From: a bacterium
Lineage (GTDB): Bacteria > Bacteroidota > Ignavibacteria > Palsa-1295
Direction: 5' to 3'
Length of the DNA stretch: 64,000 nucleotides
Assembly (NCBI GenBank): GCA_037143335.1
Contig: JBAWZA010000011.1
Location: 13,494-77,493, forward strand
The first letter of the stretch is position 1. The number at the start of each line of letters is the position of its first letter. Below, piece by piece: positions 38,576 to 47,532 of this stretch. The position numbers were made by a program, and so were the translations under genes. The notes beneath the pieces were generated by a model. It had not been told where the DNA came from. It was given only the letters and a program-made list of their open reading frames with translations, and did no database searches.

Positions 38576-40198
38576 ATGACTTATACTTTACGCACTGCTC
38601 TCTGTATTTCATGCCTCCTTATGCTTTCCCGAATCGCTGTCGGTCAGTACGGAATTGATGTGGACAAATCTTTCGGGACTGGTGGGACAACCGAACTTAC
38701 CATTGGTGGATTCAATAGCGAGATAGCTGCTTTCGATGTGAATCACATCACGAAAATTACGACCATGGCAGCACGCTTGAGTCTCGCAAGCTCTGCGAAT
38801 TATCATATCGGAATGGTCAGGCTTGATACAGCAGGGAAGTTGGACCCAACATTTGGCACAGGTGGCAGTGCGGATTTATCATGGGGTCAGTCCGACAATG
38901 TGAACGCAATGCAACGCCAACTTGAGAACGATAGCATATACTATAATATGTATATTCTCGGTGGATCGAGCAGGGGCACAGCCGTGAACGAGCCTTCAAT
39001 TTACCGCATCAAAGCCAATGGCAGCCCAGATGTAAGTTTCGGAAATGCGGGGAAAATAGTCGTAAAGTTTGCGGATCATTCCGGTGGCGAGGTCACCAAT
39101 GTCGTCAGTGATTTCGGCACCCGTTCCTATTATGTGTATGGCAAAAGCTCAGCATCCGATGAATTAGGAAAAACAGGCTTCGGAGTTGCTCGGATAAAGT
39201 GGAATGGTACGTTTGATTCCTCTTTCGGAAAAGAAGGCAAGGTTATCATTCCTGTCCCCATCCACTCAGTCAACGGTTTTGCCTCACTTCATGGCACTCT
39301 GCAAGGCGCAAGTTATTCCTTGGTTTGCGGAATATGCGATACAGGTCTGAATGAAATTGTGATTGCGAGGGTGAGTGATCAAGGAATTCTTGATTCATCA
39401 ATAGGCGTGAACGGAATCGTCCGAACAGGGAAGTACGCTTCGGCAACGGAGAATATCATGGCGGCATTGCAGTTGCCTGATTTAGATAAACTACTGATCT
39501 TATTACAACCCCCAAAACAAAATCCTACTCCGGTAACGATTTGTCGATTTAAGTCCGATGGCAAGCCTGACTCCACCTATGGATTTGCAGGTGTCTCGTC
39601 GAATTCAATAGCTCCCGGTATCGAGCCGAGAGGATTGAACATACTTAATGACGGCAGTGCAGGTGTGGCAGGAATATACAATTCTGGGTTAGGGCATTCC
39701 ATCTTTACACGAGTCAATGACACAACAGCAGTGCCCGATCCAAAATATTTCCCGAATGGAATTGCCGTCTTTGATTTGGATAACGGGAAATATTCCAACT
39801 ATCTAAAGTTCTACACACCAACAGGCAAGGAAGGTAATTGTAAGAAGTACATCGCTGTCGGAGGTTCGATTCATGATGGTGTTGAGTACATGATGGCAGT
39901 GAGATTCTCGACCTGTCCGCTTGCAGCGGTTGAGCCTGAGGTGATTGCAGGAGATGATTTTTCAATTTACCCAGATCCGGCTGGATCGGAGATAAAAATT
40001 TCTACTCACTCCACATTGGAGGACATTCAGATCACGGATAATGTTGGTACTGTCGTCTATTCGGTTAACCTCAAAAACTCTGGAGCCAACCAAGAAGCCT
40101 ACCGAGTTAATGTTGCGCACCTTCCTTCAGGGTCGTATTTGTGTAGTGTCATTATGAACGGCAAGAAAATCACGAAGCATTTTGTGGTGGTGCATTGA
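38576..40198 (+). CDS. Delta-60-repeat secreted protein with T9SS C-terminal sorting domain (paralogue of 32088..33707)
   Basis: Likely start MTYTLRTALCISCLLMLSRIAVGQ at 38576 (the track ORF begins at 38483). Repeated D(P/S)(T/S)FG.GG units are present. The C-terminus DFSIYPDPAGSEIKIST...YLCSVIMNGKKITKHFVVVH matches a Por tail pattern. Confidence 0.6.
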   Translation: MTYTLRTALCISCLLMLSRIAVGQYGIDVDKSFGTGGTTELTIGGFNSEIAAFDVNHITKITTMAARLSLASSANYHIGMVRLDTAGKLDPTFGTGGSADLSWGQSDNVNAMQRQLENDSIYYNMYILGGSSRGTAVNEPSIYRIKANGSPDVSFGNAGKIVVKFADHSGGEVTNVVSDFGTRSYYVYGKSSASDELGKTGFGVARIKWNGTFDSSFGKEGKVIIPVPIHSVNGFASLHGTLQGASYSLVCGICDTGLNEIVIARVSDQGILDSSIGVNGIVRTGKYASATENIMAALQLPDLDKLLILLQPPKQNPTPVTICRFKSDGKPDSTYGFAGVSSNSIAPGIEPRGLNILNDGSAGVAGIYNSGLGHSIFTRVNDTTAVPDPKYFPNGIAVFDLDNGKYSNYLKFYTPTGKEGNCKKYIAVGGSIHDGVEYMMAVRFSTCPLAAVEPEVIAGDDFSIYPDPAGSEIKISTHSTLEDIQITDNVGTVVYSVNLKNSGANQEAYRVNVAHLPSGSYLCSVIMNGKKITKHFVVVH

Positions 40199-40234
40199 TG
40201 AATTGATCGGATTAATTGGCTATTTCTCCCCCTT

Positions 40235-40319
40235 GTCATTTCGACCGAAGGGAGAAATCGTTAAGCCTGAGAAGATCGGAGCAACGATTTCTCGGTCGCT
40301 GAGGCGACCTCGAAACGAT
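40235..40319. repeat. Palindromic intergenic repeat, family A copy 2
   Basis: TGTCATTTCGACCGAAGGGAGAAATCGTTAAGCC...GCAACGATTTCTCGGTCGCTGAGGCGACCTCGAAACGA. It lies between convergent gene ends (40198 / 40347). Confidence 0.65.
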
Positions 40320-40346
40320 AAGATGATATTATTCAAACCCTCTCTA

Positions 40347-41609
40347 TCATGGTTCTACTACTGCTACTTTACCAGCTATCGCATACACGCCTTTCCAATC
40401 GGCGCGTTCAACCAGGACATAATAGATTCCGCGGGGGATAGAGGAAATATCTACAGTCAATGGTGCATTATCTAAGGTCATCCCTGTAATAACCGATCTA
40501 CCAAAGACATCTATCATCTTGAACGGTGTGCCTCGCTCAACCGAGGCGATAGTTAGACGGGTTGTTGCGGGATTGGGATAGACGCGACTATTATAATGTA
40601 ACTTTCCGGATTCTTCTACTCCGGCTCCACCAATGGAAAGGACTTGAACTAAATATGTGGTATCGAGATTAAAGCCTCCGATCACGTAAACCTTATTACC
40701 ACCACTCGTCGCACTTGGCTCAAATCTGCTACCAAATGTGCCTGATGTATTGAGCAAACTCCATCTGTTTGTTGCAGTATCAAAGACTTCAGTATTGCTG
40801 AGATTTCTCCCACCATGGTACCAATCGCCCCCGCCGATTGCATAAATCTTACCATTGATTTCCCCTAGAGAATTATCCAATCTGGGATACGCCAATGAAT
40901 TTTTCTGTGGACTGCTCCATTTATTCGTAGCTACATCGTAAATTTGAAGGTCACAATGACAAGTTGAGTCAGGTGGAAGACCCACAACATAAATTTTATT
41001 TCCCATCGCTACTGCGTGTGGTGAATAAACTTGATGCATTGAATCAACAGTGTAAGGTGGAGTAGTCCAACTGTGTCTTTTTGTATCATAAATTTCAACT
41101 GTAGTCAACCATCCGATATTCCTATCGTTTCCACCGACAACGTAAATACTATCTCCTATTGAGCAAGAAGTAGCCAAACCTCGATCCGTGAATAATAAAC
41201 TGCCTTCTCTTAGATCATCCGTTGTCCAAGTATTAGTTTGAGGATCAAAAACTGAAACGCTATCGGCAAATGTGGTATTATCAATCTCACCTCCAATGAC
41301 ATATATTTTGCCGTTTAAAACGGTTGCTGTGTGGGAGGCGCGTGGTAGAAAGCTTCCTTGGGTTTGTGGAGTACTCCAGGAATTAGATGCTATATCATAA
41401 ACCTGTAGAAGGTTTATCGGGAATCTCCCATCATACCCACCGATACAATATATTTTACCATTAAAATAGGATGAACTTAATCCATCTCTATTTGGAGTAA
41501 ATCCCACTTTTGAAAGAGTCTTCCAAGAAGCAGACTGTGCCTGCACTTCTGATAAATCTATCAGAAGCGCAAGGACAGCCACAAGTATGAATATTCTTGT
41601 AATTTTCAT
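40347..41609 (-). CDS. Kelch-repeat beta-propeller secreted protein with conserved CHC motif and T9SS C-terminal sorting domain (cassette 1, gene 2)
   Basis: Likely start MKITRIFILVAVLALL at 41609, in a TAATG overlap with the upstream Cys-rich gene. Kelch blades are present, plus the PDSTCHCDLQIYD motif. The C-terminus YPNPATTRLTIASVERG...YYVLVERADWKGVYAIAGKVAVVEP matches a Por tail pattern. It is a paralogue of 54958..56271. Confidence 0.65.
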   Translation of the reverse strand: MKITRIFILVAVLALLIDLSEVQAQSASWKTLSKVGFTPNRDGLSSSYFNGKIYCIGGYDGRFPINLLQVYDIASNSWSTPQTQGSFLPRASHTATVLNGKIYVIGGEIDNTTFADSVSVFDPQTNTWTTDDLREGSLLFTDRGLATSCSIGDSIYVVGGNDRNIGWLTTVEIYDTKRHSWTTPPYTVDSMHQVYSPHAVAMGNKIYVVGLPPDSTCHCDLQIYDVATNKWSSPQKNSLAYPRLDNSLGEINGKIYAIGGGDWYHGGRNLSNTEVFDTATNRWSLLNTSGTFGSRFEPSATSGGNKVYVIGGFNLDTTYLVQVLSIGGAGVEESGKLHYNSRVYPNPATTRLTIASVERGTPFKMIDVFGRSVITGMTLDNAPLTVDISSIPRGIYYVLVERADWKGVYAIAGKVAVVEP

Positions 41610-42298
41610 TACATGCCACAGGGTGGATGATAACAAGTTCCGTCTGTAAGCCAATCACCAACCTTCGTTGGTGCATCATCGCAATCAACTGTGCCTTGAG
41701 TAGTGTAGGTTACATTGCTCGTCTCAATCGCTCCATTGTTACCTCTGCAAAGATCAAAACTCATCACACAATAACTGTTGAGATGACAGGGGATAAATGC
41801 CCAGCGATTTGGGCTGGTTGAAATCTGTATTCTCTTGAAACATGCAGGAAGAAACATTTGCGAATGCCATGTTATGACCGGTCCAGTACAAGGTGGTACG
41901 TTTCCTGTACTGATTAGTGGGATCAAGTCAGCTTTTACCGCGGCGGAAATCTGTGCTACAAAGTCCGCTGTTGTAATGTTATTATTACAGCCTGCCACAG
42001 AATCGATCCTCGTTATAACGCTCTGGAATGTCACATCGCCAGAAAAGGGGAAATTATGTACTTCCCGCCAACAGTAACAAACAGTTACGTCACAACCACC
42101 AGTAATTGAAACGACAAGTTGGACACTGTTCCAACTGTAGCATGTTGCCCCTCCAGGACAACCTAAAGTTATTCCGGAGCAACTTGGACATTGCGCCTCC
42201 ACCGCAGTTGTAAAAAGCAAAAGCGTGAGTATAATTCCCGCTATGCTGGAAGTGAATTTGGCAAACAGTTTATTGAATGATTGTTGATAGTGTTCCAT
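41609..42298 (-). CDS. Cysteine-rich (~20 Cys) secreted protein of unknown function (cassette 1, gene 1)
   Basis: 229 aa; signal peptide ending VEAQ. The mature region CPSCSG...GCDVTVCYCWREVHNFP...CDDAPTKVGDWLTDGTCYHPPCG aligns with 54299..54955, conserving most cysteines. Confidence 0.6.
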   Translation of the reverse strand: MEHYQQSFNKLFAKFTSSIAGIILTLLLFTTAVEAQCPSCSGITLGCPGGATCYSWNSVQLVVSITGGCDVTVCYCWREVHNFPFSGDVTFQSVITRIDSVAGCNNNITTADFVAQISAAVKADLIPLISTGNVPPCTGPVITWHSQMFLPACFKRIQISTSPNRWAFIPCHLNSYCVMSFDLCRGNNGAIETSNVTYTTQGTVDCDDAPTKVGDWLTDGTCYHPPCGM

Positions 42299-42457
42299 AG
42301 TAGTATATTCAGTGTTTTAGTTTAAAAAGAGGATATGGCTTTTGCGAAGGCAAAAGCTTCCCCGGAATACAAAATCGCTTGATTTTTGTATCCTCGTGGT
42401 TTTCTGAAATGAAATGGAATCTGGAGGAGACCGAGAAAATTATGGCACGATAATTGC

Positions 42458-42468
42458 GGGGGGGGGGG
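42458..42468. repeat. Homopolymeric G11 tract in the divergent intergenic region (candidate slipped-strand phase-variation site)
   Basis: The sequence gcgggggggggggtaaacc is read directly. It lies ~160 bp upstream of the Cys-rich gene start (42298, minus) and ~390 bp upstream of the E1 gene start (42858, plus). Confidence 0.6.
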
Positions 42469-42678
42469 TAAACCTCACCAGTAGGGAATCTAGCTTATAA
42501 AAAATAGTACGCACGGTGTATATCTTTTCACCACGAATATACAACGCTTTTTTTAACTTCGTTTAAAATCGAAGTTTTCTCACGTTGGGTTTGCCGCCAG
42601 TCGAAACGGCGCAGGAAGACAAAGTCGCTTATAAAGGAATGGTGTTTAAATTTACGTATTAGCGAAGACACTCATACT

Positions 42679-42757
42679 GGTCATTCCGAAGGTAGGGAGA
42701 AATCGTTAAGCCTCAATCTTTCAGGCATAACGATTTCTCACATTCGCTCGAAATGAC
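42679..42757. repeat. Palindromic intergenic repeat, family A copy 3 (shorter right arm), flanked by ATACTGG direct repeats
   Basis: GGTCATTCCGAAGGTAGGGAGAAATCGTTAAGCC...GCATAACGATTTCTCACATTCGCTCGAAATGAC. The flanks are catACTGG|element|ttatACTGG. Confidence 0.6.
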
Positions 42758-42857
42758 TTATACTGGAATGATTGCGTAATGCCCGTACAAGAATCTCTCT
42801 CGCACCAAACAATCCCCATAGTTGTTTTCTCGTCCCAAAATACACTTTTTTTGATCC

Positions 42858-45137
42858 ATGCCGACGAAAAAGAAAACGTCTATCGCCGACACTCAGACAC
42901 TTGCAACTCTCAACGGAGAGCAAGCTGGCTACACCCACCATACACTCAATTCCCACGATCTTGAGCAGGAATACGCATTCTCTGTATCTCCTGCTTCGTT
43001 GGAGCAAATGCCAGACGGCGCGCTCTTAGTAGGTCCACGAGCTGATGGGTCGCAATCATTCGCTGGCACCCTTGCAGAGTCAGGGCAATCAAAAGAGACC
43101 CTGATTTCATGGTACAAGTTAATGCAATTAGGGAGAATTTGCGATGATGCTGCCGCCAATTACTTGAAGAAGGCAATGGGCTGGAGCTACCACGCTCCGT
43201 GCGCTGGACATGAAGGCATTCAAGCCGCAATCGGAATTTCTTTCCGTCAAAAACAAGATTACCTTTTTCCATACTATCGCGATCTTATGACCTGCCTTGC
43301 TGCGGGAATGACGGTGGAAGAAATTATCTTAAATGGACTCTCGAAAGAAACCGATCTTGCAGGTGGTGGAAGACATATGTCGAACCACTTTGCGAAAATG
43401 TCTATCGGTATTCAGAATGGGTCATCGCTGACGAATAATCATTCACAGCATGTGACAGGTTGCGCGCGCGCAATTAAATATTACGGACTTGATGCCGTTG
43501 CAATTTTTTCGGGTGGTGAATCCGGTTGCTCCGAGGGATTTTTCTACGAAGCACTTAATGGTGCAACGAAGGAACAAGTACCGGCAATTTTTGTGATTCA
43601 AAATAATAAGTACGGAATCTCTGTACCAGTTTTTGATCAAACTGCGAATGGGCGAGTAGCCGATAACTTCAGAGGATTTGCAAATCTTCTGATCACCTAT
43701 TGCGATGGCACAGATATTTTAGACTCCTACCGTGCGATGCAAGAGGCATACGATTGGACGCGCTCTGGCAAGGGCGCAGCAATTGTCCATGCTGATTGTG
43801 TGAGGATGCGTTCGCACTCAAACAGTGATCGTGATAGTCTCTACCGCACACCCGAAGAAATTGCAAATGCTGCGAAGCGTGATCCGATCGAGCGATTCGC
43901 TTCATGGCTTATTCGTGAGGGGGTATTGACACAGAAGGAAATTGAGAGAATTCACGAACAAAATAAAATTGATTTTTACGCATCTGCTGAAAAAGCAGAA
44001 GCCGCACCACCAGCTGATCCTGCGACTGTCGAAGAGTTTGCTCAAGCACCGCTTACGATCGTTTCAAAAGGTAGTTATACGTTTGAACCGGGTGATGTGA
44101 ATGTGAATCTGCATCCGTACGAACTTCCAGCGAAGGAAGAAGGACTGAAGTTTATCGATGCCCTCAACCATACCCTCAAGGAAGAATTTCGCCTGAACCC
44201 TAACACCTTTATTTGGGGACAAGACATGGCGAATAAAGACAAGGGCGGAGTCTTTAATGTATCAAAAGGAATGCAGCAGGAGTTCGGTCCGAAGCGTGTG
44301 TTCAATGCTCCAATCGCCGAAGATTTTATCGTGGGCACCGCTGATGGATTTTGCCGAGTTGATCAGGAGAATATCTGGTGCGTTGTCGAAGGAGCCGAGT
44401 TCGCTGATTATTTTTGGCCAGCAATGGAGTCGTTCATCGAACTCACGCATGAGTATTGGCGCACGAAGGGGCAATACTTGCCGAACATTGTGATTCGCAT
44501 TGCATCGGGTGGATATATTCAAGGCGGATTATATCACTCACAAAATCTCGAAGGGACGTTCACAACTATTCCAGGCGTTCGCGTGATTGTACCAAGTTTT
44601 GCTGATGATGCACAAGGACTCTTGCGCACAGCAATGCGCACACGCGGAGTCACGCTCTACCTTGAACCCAAAGCCCTTTATAATGCACCTCAAGCAAAAA
44701 CTTTTTCGCTCGGCGATAATGAGTTAGTCCCATTCGGAAAAGCTCGTCTGAGAAGATCAGGTGAACATCTCTCGATTATCACTTACGGGAATACAACTCA
44801 TCTCTCAATAGTTGCCGCTGATGAATTAGCACAAGAAGGTATCACCGCCGACGTGCTTGATTTGCGTTCGCTCTATCCGTTAGATATTGAGGCAATCCTT
44901 GCCACTGCGTCAAAGACAGGTAGAGTGTTGGTTGTTCACGAGGATAAAATCACAGGAGGTTTCGGAGGCGAAATTTCTGCACTCATCACTGAACAAGCAT
45001 TTAACTATCTCGACGCACCGGTCATGCGTGTTGGCTCGCTTTTCCAACCGGTTGGATTCGCAAAGCAATTAGAAGATGCGATCTTACCAAGTGCAAAGAA
45101 AATAGCAGAAGCCGCTCGGAAGTTGGTGGCTTGGTAA
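42858..45137 (+). CDS. Thiamine-diphosphate-dependent 2-oxoacid dehydrogenase E1 component, fused alpha/beta subunits
   Basis: 759 aa. The N-terminal half has the E1-alpha TPP-binding region (HAPCAGHEGIQAAIG, GGRHMSNH, FSGGESGCSEG). The C-terminal half has the E1-beta/transketolase-like pyrimidine-binding and C-terminal domains. Confidence 0.8.
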   Translation: MPTKKKTSIADTQTLATLNGEQAGYTHHTLNSHDLEQEYAFSVSPASLEQMPDGALLVGPRADGSQSFAGTLAESGQSKETLISWYKLMQLGRICDDAAANYLKKAMGWSYHAPCAGHEGIQAAIGISFRQKQDYLFPYYRDLMTCLAAGMTVEEIILNGLSKETDLAGGGRHMSNHFAKMSIGIQNGSSLTNNHSQHVTGCARAIKYYGLDAVAIFSGGESGCSEGFFYEALNGATKEQVPAIFVIQNNKYGISVPVFDQTANGRVADNFRGFANLLITYCDGTDILDSYRAMQEAYDWTRSGKGAAIVHADCVRMRSHSNSDRDSLYRTPEEIANAAKRDPIERFASWLIREGVLTQKEIERIHEQNKIDFYASAEKAEAAPPADPATVEEFAQAPLTIVSKGSYTFEPGDVNVNLHPYELPAKEEGLKFIDALNHTLKEEFRLNPNTFIWGQDMANKDKGGVFNVSKGMQQEFGPKRVFNAPIAEDFIVGTADGFCRVDQENIWCVVEGAEFADYFWPAMESFIELTHEYWRTKGQYLPNIVIRIASGGYIQGGLYHSQNLEGTFTTIPGVRVIVPSFADDAQGLLRTAMRTRGVTLYLEPKALYNAPQAKTFSLGDNELVPFGKARLRRSGEHLSIITYGNTTHLSIVAADELAQEGITADVLDLRSLYPLDIEAILATASKTGRVLVVHEDKITGGFGGEISALITEQAFNYLDAPVMRVGSLFQPVGFAKQLEDAILPSAKKIAEAARKLVAW

Positions 45138-45141
45138 TTAA

Positions 45142-45750
45142 TTAATTCACACTCGCGCCACGGGACATTTGTTGGATGTCGTCTCGGAGTTTGGCGGCTT
45201 TTTCGTAGTCTTCGCTTTTGATCGCTGTGCTCAACTCAGCTTCGAGTTGTTCGAGCTTTGTGAGTTTGCGCGGAGGGTCCTTAGGGATTTGCTGGTTCGT
45301 GATGTCATCTTCCTCGTCGAGATCGGCTCCTTCCTCGAGATTGTCATCATCTTCAGGAACAAAGCCAGCTTCTTTCATCACAGATTCTGATACAAATATC
45401 GGCGCAGCATAGCGGACGGCAATTGCGATAGCATCGCTTGGTCTTGCATCAATTTCCTGATCGTCGGCAAGTGTGAGAGTTGCGAAAAAGATACCATCCT
45501 TCAGCTCGGCGATACACGCTTCTCTCACGTGCGAACCAAGCACGGAGAGAATATTCTTAACGAGATCATGTGTCAGCGGACGTGGGGGAGTGATTCCTTC
45601 CATCTCGAGCGCAATTGCTTGTGCTTCGAATCCACCGATGATAATCGGAATTCTACGTGAGCCTCCGGATTCTTTGAGGACAAGAGCGTATGCTCCGTTC
45701 GAAGCGGGACTTGTTGAGATGCCTAATATCTCTACTTGAATTTTGTCCAT
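45142..45750 (-). CDS. Bifunctional nuclease family protein (DUF151 domain) with C-terminal UVR motif
   Basis: 202 aa. The N-terminus MDKIQVEILGIS...RRIPIIIGGFEAQAIAL is typical of DUF151/BFN nucleases. The C-terminus LEQLEAELSTAIKSEDYEKAAKLRDDIQQM is a UvrB/UvrC-type motif. Confidence 0.7.
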   Translation of the reverse strand: MDKIQVEILGISTSPASNGAYALVLKESGGSRRIPIIIGGFEAQAIALEMEGITPPRPLTHDLVKNILSVLGSHVREACIAELKDGIFFATLTLADDQEIDARPSDAIAIAVRYAAPIFVSESVMKEAGFVPEDDDNLEEGADLDEEDDITNQQIPKDPPRKLTKLEQLEAELSTAIKSEDYEKAAKLRDDIQQMSRGASVN

Positions 45751-45797
45751 AAGTCTGAATAAGTATTCAGATCACTTGCTCCGTAGAACAAGAAAAT

Positions 45798-46763
45798 TTA
45801 CTGCTTAATCTTTTTTACTTCCTCTGTTAGTAATGGAAGTATCTCAAACGCATCACCGACTATTCCGTAATCGCATACGGAAAAGATGGGAGCATTGATA
45901 TCCTTATTTATTGCAACAATAGTTTTAGAGCTTGACATTCCCGCAAGATGCTGAATTGCCCCACTCACACCAACTGCAACGTAGAGCGTTGGAGAAACAG
46001 TCTTCCCTGTTTGCCCGACTTGTTCTGAATGCGGTCTCCATCCAGCATCAACGACAGCACGAGATGCGCCTGTCGCGGCTCCGAGGATTGAGGCAAGTCC
46101 TTCGATAAGTCCCCAATTCTCAGGTCCCTTCATTCCTCTGCCACCGGTTACGATGCTATCAGCTTCTGCGACGTCGAGCTTGCCCTGTGATAGCGTCAAC
46201 TCCGTTGTCTTTTCTGCAAAATCTTTTTCATCGAAGTTCACAGAGAGATTTTCGATAGTTGCGACATCAGACAATTCTTTGGATGCCTTCCATAAGTTCG
46301 GACGGGTTGAATACACCTTCGTTGGTGTCGTTACCTCAACATACGTATTCGCCTTGCCTGCATACACGGGATGTACCGCAACGAGTTTGCCACCGTCGTG
46401 AACGAACGAGGTTACATCAGGCACATAACCTGCGCTGAGTCTTACAGCTACGCGCGGAGCCAAGTCTTTCCCTCTGCCTGTTGCAGAGACAAGTACAACT
46501 TCGGCGTTTGAGAATTTCGCTGCCTCAGCGATAGCCTTACCTGTGGCACGAGATGAGTAGTTGCCGAAGCGCGCATCCTCGATCACATAAACTTTCGATA
46601 CACCTGAGCGTGTCACAGCTTCCGATACAAGCGCTGTGGCGTTCGATGTTACGACAACTCCAAAAATCGCAGTCGCACCGATACTCTTCGCCGCTTCGAT
46701 TGCTTCGACCGATGGTTTACGGATTTGTCCGTTACGCTCTTCTAAATAAACTAAAATATTCAT
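45798..46763 (-). CDS. etfA: Electron transfer flavoprotein alpha subunit
   Basis: 321 aa. The FAD-binding C-terminal region VGQTGKTVSPTLYVAVGVSGAIQHLAGM is diagnostic. The gene is downstream of etfB. Confidence 0.85.
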   Translation of the reverse strand: MNILVYLEERNGQIRKPSVEAIEAAKSIGATAIFGVVVTSNATALVSEAVTRSGVSKVYVIEDARFGNYSSRATGKAIAEAAKFSNAEVVLVSATGRGKDLAPRVAVRLSAGYVPDVTSFVHDGGKLVAVHPVYAGKANTYVEVTTPTKVYSTRPNLWKASKELSDVATIENLSVNFDEKDFAEKTTELTLSQGKLDVAEADSIVTGGRGMKGPENWGLIEGLASILGAATGASRAVVDAGWRPHSEQVGQTGKTVSPTLYVAVGVSGAIQHLAGMSSSKTIVAINKDINAPIFSVCDYGIVGDAFEILPLLTEEVKKIKQ

Positions 46764-46779
46764 TCGTAAAAATCTTTTC

Positions 46780-47532
46780 TTAAATTACTTTTGCTTCTTC
46801 GTGTAATAGTTTTGCAAGTTCAGCTGTGCTGGCACTGGCATTGCCCTCCACCTTAATGATCTTGCCGATGCGCTTCTTATCTGGCTTATCCATTTTGACA
46901 ACAAGTGTGCGCGATGGAGCAGCACTACCTGCGATCTCTTCGATAGGCTTTGATTTAGCCTTCATGATATTCGGTAGTGAAGGGTACCGTGGTTCATTCA
47001 ATCCTTTTTGCGCAGAGATTATACACGGCAAGCTCATCGAAATAATTTCTTTGCCTCCTTCAACTTCTTTCTCAGCACGAACAGTGGTGCCATCAATCGT
47101 CAGTCCAACGACAACCGAAGCCGCAGGCAGATCCAGTAATTCGGATAGCATCGAAGCCACCATCATTCCGTCACTATCAATGGATTGTTTTCCGAGTAGG
47201 ATAATATCAGCTCCAAGTGGAGAGATCGCGGAGGCAAGCATTTCGGCAACAGAGAATGAATCAGACTTTTCGCCCTTGACAAGGATTCCTTTATCAGCTC
47301 CCATTGCTAATGCTTGACGGATTGCTTCCTTTGAAGTGTCGGAGCCAACTGAAATTGCTATCACCTCGCCACCATTTTTTTCTTTCAGGCGAAGCGCTTC
47401 TTCGACGGCGAACTCATCGTACGGATTGAGAATAAATTTTACTCCGGCAGCGTCAACCTGTTTTGCATCTGCCGTGAGATTTATTTTTGTGGTGGTATCA
47501 GGAACGTGAGAAACGCAGACAATTATTTTCAT
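46780..47532 (-). CDS. etfB: Electron transfer flavoprotein beta subunit
   Basis: 250 aa. The N-terminus MKIIVCVSHVPDTTTKI..NPYDEFAVEEALRLKE is typical of EtfB. Confidence 0.85.
   Translation of the reverse strand: MKIIVCVSHVPDTTTKINLTADAKQVDAAGVKFILNPYDEFAVEEALRLKEKNGGEVIAISVGSDTSKEAIRQALAMGADKGILVKGEKSDSFSVAEMLASAISPLGADIILLGKQSIDSDGMMVASMLSELLDLPAASVVVGLTIDGTTVRAEKEVEGGKEIISMSLPCIISAQKGLNEPRYPSLPNIMKAKSKPIEEIAGSAAPSRTLVVKMDKPDKKRIGKIIKVEGNASASTAELAKLLHEEAKVI

Noticed and set aside
42858-45137. Possibility that the 759 aa E1 protein is a frameshifted or mis-assembled fusion of separate alpha and beta subunit genes
   Set aside because: A single uninterrupted frame with a natural linker is present. 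Fused E1 alpha/beta proteins are a known arrangement. No stop or frame discontinuity is visible.
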